Virus record (IMG/VR): IMGVR_UViG_3300022602_000172
Span: 1 to 45,095 of that record
From: a virus
Taxonomy: Duplodnaviria; Caudoviricetes
Strand: one strand, 5' to 3'
Length of the DNA stretch: 45,095 bases
Each line of letters starts with the position of its first letter. The first letter of the stretch is position 1. The translations under genes were made by a program, and so were the position numbers. Shown here one piece after another: positions 39,109 through 45,095 of this stretch. The notes under the pieces are model-generated. The model did no database searches and was not told the DNA's origin. It worked only from the letters and a program-made list of their open reading frames with translations.

Positions 39109-40200
39109 TTATAACCCTAGCATAAGGGTATAAACGAGAGATGTGTCGTCAAACTGTTGCGGGCTAACTATAGTACTCGGTGGTCCGACCCAATCAATCC
39201 AACCGTTGCTGGTTGAATAAACTTCGCCATTTTGACTTACAGGATTATATCTTATTGTGCCTTCTTCTGGAGTATAATCGGTAGCTGAGCTAGATGGAAT
39301 TACCAAGGCATTACTTCCAGTACCGCTAGTATCGCCTGTTTTAAAATTCCAATGTCCGCTGAGAATTTGGTTACTAGTTGCGGCAAATGTCAATGCGCCG
39401 TTACTGGTATTTGTTATAGTATCGTTATTAACTGTAACAAAATTTAAAAAATTAACTGTACCACTACTGGGTACAAATTGAATTGTATCGCCAGCTGTAG
39501 TAGTTTGTATTCTGTTGTTGTTGAAGTTTATATTGCCTATAGTAATATTATTACTGTAAAAACTAGTTATATTTGTAAGACTGGTATTGGTTGTATTTGA
39601 ATATATAGTTTTCCATACATTGGTGCCGGATCCAAGATTATATAATTTATTTTGATTTGGTAGTATGTCGCTATTGATTTCTGCACCAAATGTGACAGTA
39701 TCAGTAGGTTGATTACCTAGTGTGATATTACCGTCAAGTGTGATATTACCAGTTGCATGTAAATTACCAGTTACCAGTGTATTAGCATTTAATACAACTC
39801 GGCCTGTTGCTGTGATATTAATATCATCGCTTGCTTGAGTATTTTGTATATAGTTTGTGCCAAAATTTAAATTATCCGTACTAACACTTGGAGCAATAAT
39901 AGTAGGATTACTGGCTTGATTAGGCTGTATTGTTATAGCACTCAGGCCGTTATAAATTGTATTGCCTGAAACTATAAAATTAGCTAGATCTGATTCAGTA
40001 GTTACATTGAGATATTGACTGTTTGTACTTGTGCTGACAAATAAATCAACATTTACAGCATCGGCTGTGTTGTTGATGCCAACTCTATTGTTTACAACAT
40101 CAAAGTAAAGTAGTTCAGTATCAAAGGCAAGATTTGTTCCACGACGCAGCAGATTATCTGCTAGTAACGGTCCACTAATTCTGCCTAGTTCTCGTCCCAT
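39109..40200 (-). CDS. Fibre-like virion protein, paralog of 37895-38962
   Basis: GRISGPLLADNLLRRG and GNITLGNQPTDTVTFGAEINSDILP are shared with the paralog. Confidence 0.75.
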   Translation of the reverse strand: MGRELGRISGPLLADNLLRRGTNLAFDTELLYFDVVNNRVGINNTADAVNVDLFVSTSTNSQYLNVTTESDLANFIVSGNTIYNGLSAITIQPNQASNPTIIAPSVSTDNLNFGTNYIQNTQASDDINITATGRVVLNANTLVTGNLHATGNITLDGNITLGNQPTDTVTFGAEINSDILPNQNKLYNLGSGTNVWKTIYSNTTNTSLTNITSFYSNNITIGNINFNNNRIQTTTAGDTIQFVPSSGTVNFLNFVTVNNDTITNTSNGALTFAATSNQILSGHWNFKTGDTSGTGSNALVIPSSSATDYTPEEGTIRYNPVSQNGEVYSTSNGWIDWVGPPSTIVSPQQFDDTSLVYTLMLGL

Positions 40201-40213
40201 CTAGGACTCCTAA

Positions 40214-41251
40214 TTATTGATCGAAACCAATAAGTGCTGTTACTGTTTTTCCGTAAGGCACTGGACTATTAAAATACAAATAATAACCGCTACCAGTTTG
40301 TGTACTGGCTGTGATTGTAAATGATGTATTAGCTGAAATAGTACCTGTAATTGTTGGCTGACTTAATACAATACTAGTAAGTGCATCTGTATAAGGATCT
40401 GTAGTATATGATAATACAGTTGTACCATTTTGGATATCTGCACTGCCGGTTACAGCAGCGCCTGTGATATTAACACTTGGATACACAGCTAAATTTGCTG
40501 CGATTGTACCAATTACACTAGCAGGTGCGCCTGGTCCAGAATTAGCTGTATACACTAGTGTAGTTGTATTGCAACTGGTTACGGTATATGTTCCATTGTA
40601 AGCTGCTGGAGTAAAACCAGTTACAACAATAGTAGATCCTGCAGAAAATGGTGCTGCTGTTTGACTAGCATAAGTCACTGTTACTGTTACTCCGCTAGCT
40701 GTTGCTCCAGTAATTTCCAATGGTCCGGCGCTGATACTAGTGTTAAAATACACAGTTGTAGATCCTGAACTAGTATCGGTACTAGAATATGCTGTATAAG
40801 TTTCAGTACCAATACTTGGATTTTGTACAACAGTATAATTTATTCCGCTTAATTGGATAACATTTTCAACAACTACAATAACATTTTGTCCTGTAAAATT
40901 AGTTACATTACTGCTAATGTTTGTAGGACCATATGCACTATTCAATGGACCAAAATAAAGAGTACTGTTATCACCGGCACCTAAATTTTGTTGAATAATC
41001 TGTGTCGATTCTTTAAATCTTAAACTGCGCCATTTGTTACTTTGATATACTTGAACTTCGCCGTGGTCAACATTGTAACGCATCATGCCGTTTACTGGGC
41101 TTGAAGGAATTTGTGCATCAGTACCTTGAGGCAATGCTAAACTTCCACTACGTCTAGGATTAATATAGACATTGGCATCAGCCGCATCTGAGTAAACTGT
41201 GGTACTTTGCGGAATTCTGCGATTGATATTTTGACGCTTTAAGTATCTCAT
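40214..41251 (-). CDS. Virion structural protein
   Basis: LALPQGT...NGMMRYN...VYQSNKW fibre-junction motif; Thr-rich inserted domains. Confidence 0.65.
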   Translation of the reverse strand: MRYLKRQNINRRIPQSTTVYSDAADANVYINPRRSGSLALPQGTDAQIPSSPVNGMMRYNVDHGEVQVYQSNKWRSLRFKESTQIIQQNLGAGDNSTLYFGPLNSAYGPTNISSNVTNFTGQNVIVVVENVIQLSGINYTVVQNPSIGTETYTAYSSTDTSSGSTTVYFNTSISAGPLEITGATASGVTVTVTYASQTAAPFSAGSTIVVTGFTPAAYNGTYTVTSCNTTTLVYTANSGPGAPASVIGTIAANLAVYPSVNITGAAVTGSADIQNGTTVLSYTTDPYTDALTSIVLSQPTITGTISANTSFTITASTQTGSGYYLYFNSPVPYGKTVTALIGFDQ

Positions 41252-41252
41252 A

Positions 41253-41594
41253 TTATACTGGAATCCAACTTACTAGTACAGTTAACATATTTGAAGTATC
41301 ACTAGAAACTACTAGCGTGTCGTTGTTAGCAAATACTAATTTTTCTTGATCTAAACTTACAGTTTCGCCTGCAGGAATAGACAATACATTTATAATTTGA
41401 TTGCTTGTACTTGCAGCACCAATTGCACCAGTATTATTAGGCACCGCCCACATGCTTAACACACAATCGGTATTGCCAGTATTACAAATCATAATTGTAG
41501 TAATTGCATTTCCAGTGACTGGTGCAACGGTTTGACCTGTGAATGCTGTATAAGGTGTATTTAATACTGCTATTCTTGTTGTTGATATTGCCAT
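41253..41594 (-). CDS. Small beta-rich fibre adaptor-like protein (family member 3)
   Basis: ITTIMICNT...IPAGETVSLDQEKLVF...VSWIPV. Confidence 0.65.
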   Translation of the reverse strand: MAISTTRIAVLNTPYTAFTGQTVAPVTGNAITTIMICNTGNTDCVLSMWAVPNNTGAIGAASTSNQIINVLSIPAGETVSLDQEKLVFANNDTLVVSSDTSNMLTVLVSWIPV

Positions 41595-41603
41595 TATTGT
41601 TCC

Positions 41604-42581
41604 TTATAGTAAAATACTTAGTGCTACTGCACGGGTTCTACTAATTAATTCGTCTGCTGTATGAGCTGCTTGATTGTTAGTAAAAAATACACCAGATCCT
41701 CCAGGGCCTGCAGCTGCTTTAGAATAAACTCGAGTTTTTCCAGTTGTATAACTAGGTGTGGATGCTTGATCGTCTAGGTTCAAAACACCATTAATTTCGA
41801 TGTTATTATTAACAGCGGTCAATACAAGATTATTTGAGCCAGAATTGATAATAGTATCTTGATATAGATTAATATTATCAACTGAAAATCCAGAAGAGGT
41901 AATCAATGCTCTTGTCTGTTGACTAATTTGAAAAACTATGCTATATCCAAACGCTTCAATACTGCTGGTAGAGCTACCTACTCCGCCTGTAGTTGGATAA
42001 TAAATCCTATCTACTGTAGCAACACCGTTACTGGCTGCAACATAGTTGTAAAGATATTTTCTGTTAGGAATATCGTTGTCATGCAAAACATTATTTTCAT
42101 ATCCAGATGCGTTAGCTACACTAAGCACATATGGATCATTTTTCATGTCAAAGTAAAAATTAGTTCCGCCGAGATTCTGTATACTAGCTACTTGTAGTCC
42201 AGACAGTGTTCCGTCTGACGTTTGCATAACGAATGTACCGTTTACAGTAGTTTGCAAGTTAGGATCAAAATGTGTTACAGCTTCGTTGAACAATATCTGT
42301 GCTGGATAATAACCAGCGCCTGTACCGCGTTCAATTTCAATGCCTGATTGTCTATTATTAGCAACGCTAATACCAGTAGGATTTGTATCTCCTACATTTA
42401 ATTGTAGGATATTATCTTTAATCTGTGTATTAGTGCTTTCTAAATATGTCAATTGTCCTTTGACGTCAAGTCTACCAATAACAGTAACTTGCCCGTAAGG
42501 GCTTTGTGTATCCAGAATAATGTTACCATTCTGTTTAACACGAAGTATATAATCGCCGTTGACGTTAAGGACTTTTGACAT
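41604..42581 (-). CDS. Fibre-like virion protein
   Basis: IKDNILQLN...SGIEIERG, DIPNRKY and C-terminal AVALSILL. Confidence 0.65.
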   Translation of the reverse strand: MSKVLNVNGDYILRVKQNGNIILDTQSPYGQVTVIGRLDVKGQLTYLESTNTQIKDNILQLNVGDTNPTGISVANNRQSGIEIERGTGAGYYPAQILFNEAVTHFDPNLQTTVNGTFVMQTSDGTLSGLQVASIQNLGGTNFYFDMKNDPYVLSVANASGYENNVLHDNDIPNRKYLYNYVAASNGVATVDRIYYPTTGGVGSSTSSIEAFGYSIVFQISQQTRALITSSGFSVDNINLYQDTIINSGSNNLVLTAVNNNIEINGVLNLDDQASTPSYTTGKTRVYSKAAAGPGGSGVFFTNNQAAHTADELISRTRAVALSILL

Positions 42582-42593
42582 TGATTTACTCTA

Positions 42594-43526
42594 TTAATCG
42601 CTTTCAATTACAACTGTTACATTTTGTGTGGCGGCAGTATCAATTACCCAGCGTACTGTTGTACCTGTGGCAAATTGACCGGACCCTGCTGATTTACGAA
42701 CTAACAATGCTTTGTGAGCAGTTAATTTTAAAACCCAGTAGGCATTGCTGTCACTGTCAGTTGCTGTGATATCCATCTCGCCTGCGGCTGCGCTTGCATG
42801 GTCAACCAAACGAGCTACCACTGGAGCTAAACTATCAGTTTTAACTCGATAACGACGACTGCTTTCTTGTTTAAGAATATCAACATCGTTGCGAGCACCA
42901 TTGATAAAAGCACGAGCAAGAATAACAGCGTTGTCATAACCGTCAACTGTGGCTACTATTTTGACAAATGTTGTGGCATCCAATGTGGCATTGCCCGCAA
43001 TGGTTGTTGTGGTATCAGCTGGTACATAGCCTTGATTGGCAGTGCTGTTTGTTACTGCTACTGATTTAACACGATATGTAACTGTTACTGTGTTGTTGCC
43101 ATCACCACCTGCTTCGATAACATGAATTCCTGTAGTTGCTGTTATTGCTGTAAAGTCTCCGCGATTCATTCCTGTGCCGCTGAAATCAATAGTTTGAGTT
43201 TCACCTTGGCCTGAACCAACTGAGGTAATTTGAGCAATAACTCCTGGCAATTCTGTAAAAGTACAAGGACCAATTGAGTAACCATGTCCAGCTAGCAGTG
43301 TGCCTGAAACTGTAATAGTATCAATTTCCATGTGTACAGCATAAGTGGCCGCTACACCGTTGGGCAGTTGCGGTGCTGTGATTGTTACAGCTGGCACAGT
43401 TGTATAACCGCTACCTTGTGCGTTCAAGTTGATGGCTGTGATTCTTGAGCCACCTTCGCCGGTATCACCTGCTGTGTAAGGTGCTACTAAATTACCAAAA
43501 TATTTCTTCTTTAAAGGACGTCCCAT
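42594..43526 (-). CDS. Putative virion (head-decoration-like) protein
   Basis: MGRPLKKKYFG; GSGYTTVPAVTITAP repeat; strong AAGGAG RBS; near the capsid gene. Confidence 0.55.
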   Translation of the reverse strand: MGRPLKKKYFGNLVAPYTAGDTGEGGSRITAINLNAQGSGYTTVPAVTITAPQLPNGVAATYAVHMEIDTITVSGTLLAGHGYSIGPCTFTELPGVIAQITSVGSGQGETQTIDFSGTGMNRGDFTAITATTGIHVIEAGGDGNNTVTVTYRVKSVAVTNSTANQGYVPADTTTTIAGNATLDATTFVKIVATVDGYDNAVILARAFINGARNDVDILKQESSRRYRVKTDSLAPVVARLVDHASAAAGEMDITATDSDSNAYWVLKLTAHKALLVRKSAGSGQFATGTTVRWVIDTAATQNVTVVIESD

Positions 43527-43615
43527 TTTATTTTCTCCTTATGAAAACACGGCGTTCTAGGCCGTACGCGGTTGGATTTCCGCATAAAACTCACCCCATG
43601 TGAGTCATTACTATG
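43527..43615 (-). ncRNA. Candidate three-hairpin 5' leader RNA
   Basis: Three contiguous GC-rich hairpins between TAAATA (43616-43621) and the AAGGAG RBS. Confidence 0.55.
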
Positions 43616-43618
43616 TAT

Positions 43619-44200
43619 TTATGCGTAGGTAGTTCTCACGGCTACTTGGTCAACATAAGCTATATCACTATGCGGATAAGTTGTATTGCTTTTAAAACTG
43701 ATCACAACTCCAAATGTAGGATTAGTAACATCTACATTTGACAATGTTGTGCCCCACAAGTTAGTTGGACCGCCGTATATATTATAATCACCTATTGGAT
43801 TTAAAGGTTCTGTAAAATCGCCAGTATACATATCGCTTTGTACAGGATTTACCCAGCTAGCTTGATTGTCGCCTATTAGCTCACCGTTCAATGTTAATTG
43901 TATTATTAAATCTTCAATGCGAGCGGCACGTTGAATATTAAGTTGAAATTCTATACCAGTTAATGTACTAGAATTTGTAGGTATGTTAAAACCAGTCAAC
44001 CATATTTGACTAGTATTACTTAGGAATTTTTCCATCCACAAACCGCTAATAGTATAAAGTGGTCGTTTACTAACAGCATAAGAACCTGTATCTGCAATAT
44101 ACTCTAGACCATTCCAATCGATACTCGACATCCCTGTTATCTCGTTAGGAATTGTTACTTGATTAATTGTGGTTGGAGGTAAAAAAGAAATAGTAGTCAT
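43619..44200 (-). CDS. Hypothetical beta-sandwich protein
   Basis: Likely start MTTISFLPP at 44200, 4 nt after TAAATA; the longer ORF-track start overlaps the opposite gene. Confidence 0.7.
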   Translation of the reverse strand: MTTISFLPPTTINQVTIPNEITGMSSIDWNGLEYIADTGSYAVSKRPLYTISGLWMEKFLSNTSQIWLTGFNIPTNSSTLTGIEFQLNIQRAARIEDLIIQLTLNGELIGDNQASWVNPVQSDMYTGDFTEPLNPIGDYNIYGGPTNLWGTTLSNVDVTNPTFGVVISFKSNTTYPHSDIAYVDQVAVRTTYA

Positions 44201-44267
44201 ACAGTATTTACATAAAAAAAAGGGCTCCGATGATAAATAAAAAGGTATCCTATATACCTTTCTCACT

Positions 44268-44681
44268 ATGAAAACTTGTAAAAAATGTAACACAGAAAAA
44301 TCAATTACTGATTTTTATAAAGATAAAAATTCAAAAGACGGAACAACTTCTAGTTGTAAAGAATGTCGAAAGTCTGCCGAAAGATCTTACTATCATAAAC
44401 ATATTGATAAACGAAGAATATTATATAAAAATAGAAGATTGAGTAGAACAAATGGTGAGCAGTTGACCTTAGAAAGTTATCAAACAATGTTAACAGTACA
44501 AGAAAATAAATGCGGAATTTGTCAAGATAATATGAAAACTCCGTATGTTGATCATAATCATATAACTGGAAATATTCGAATGTTGTTATGTCATCATTGT
44601 AACTGTTTAATAGGCAATGCTAAAGAGAGTATTACTATTTTAGAAGACGCAATAAAATATATTAAAAAATTTAACTCATAA
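44268..44681 (+). mobile_element. Endonuclease VII-like HNH homing endonuclease
   Basis: KTCKKC...CKEC Zn finger, QENKCGIC and VDHNHITGNIRMLLCHHCN...AIKYI; own TAAATA at 44234-44239; antisense to its neighbours. Confidence 0.85.
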
Positions 44682-44706
44682 AAAAACCCACCGAAGTGGG
44701 TTTTTT
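44681..44706. terminator. Bidirectional terminator after gp23 and the endonuclease
   Basis: AAAAAA-CCCAC-CGAA-GTGGG-TTTTTT, the same hairpin as 4341-4362. Confidence 0.88.
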
Positions 44707-44733
44707 ATTCTGTTTACAAACCTTAGGTTTGAA

Positions 44734-45095
44734 TTAGCTAAACTTAACGTTACCGCTATTGATTGCTACTAGACCTAAGTAGTCAGCTGCATTACCTAGA
44801 GATGATGCAGTATTACTGAGCTCGACATATCCATAACGTGTCATAAATGAAACGACTGGTTCGAATGTTGATGGATCCAATACAACACCACTGCTCATCA
44901 ATGGGATATATGGGCAATAGAAAGCAGGAGCATCGCTCTCGCTTGAGCCTTTGTATCCAATTAGGATTGGAGCTGTGTCATATGCATAGCTGTTTACATA
45001 AATCTTCATAGCACCGTTCAATGTACCAACAAACTTAGTGTTTGTAGGAGCTTCGAAAGTACCTTCTGTTGTACGAGCAAATGCGCTTGTAGTAG
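44734..45095 (-). CDS. gp23: Major capsid protein, C-terminal part (continues beyond the window)
   Basis: FVGTLNGAMKIYV...IGYKG...AFYCPYIPL...DPSTFEP...FMTRYG, the T4 gp23 C-terminal signature. Confidence 0.95.
   Translation of the reverse strand, partial: TTSAFARTTEGTFEAPTNTKFVGTLNGAMKIYVNSYAYDTAPILIGYKGSSESDAPAFYCPYIPLMSSGVVLDPSTFEPVVSFMTRYGYVELSNTASSLGNAADYLGLVAINSGNVKFS

Noticed and set aside
197-43064. Numerous short ORFs antisense to or overlapping long genes (e.g. 1231-1599, 9435-9749, 19772-20140, 27657-28058)
   Set aside because: They lack RBS or promoter support and recognisable motifs, and are the expected shadows of codon-biased genes.
1-45095. Stop-codon reassignment: none of the called genes appears to end in TAG
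   Set aside because: All genes are full length under code 11 with no in-frame TAG/TGA interruptions, and TAG is rare in AT-rich phages anyway, so there is no positive evidence of recoding.

Overview
This is a 45 kb, AT-rich segment of a large T4-related tailed phage (contractile tail, probably a jumbo phage), and it is mostly the late/virion module on the minus strand. Recognisable core genes are the major capsid C-terminus (gp23, at the right edge), neck gp13/gp14, tail terminator gp15, an enlarged tail sheath gp18, tail tube gp19 plus a tube-like paralog, head-completion nuclease gp4, dNMP kinase, NUDIX and a probable small terminase. There is also a long array of fibre and adaptor genes. 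Four free-standing HNH/EndoVII nucleases are present, and T4-type late promoters (TAAATA) recur throughout. The most unusual part is at about 21.8-30.3 kb. Two Gly-rich, roughly 11% Cys fibre-tip proteins and a chaperone-like protein with a (Gly-Thr-Thr)19 tail sit directly beside a sigma70-driven operon (GT9-like glycosyltransferase, carbamoyltransferase, two nitrilase-family hydrolases) and a catalytically degenerate GmhB-like protein. I interpret this as a candidate virion-protein glycosylation/carbamoylation system. Other notable signals are two structured 5' leader RNAs, an ATT start for gp14 supplied by a homing endonuclease gene, and apparently leaderless late mRNAs. All calls come from motif recognition by eye; no database search was run.
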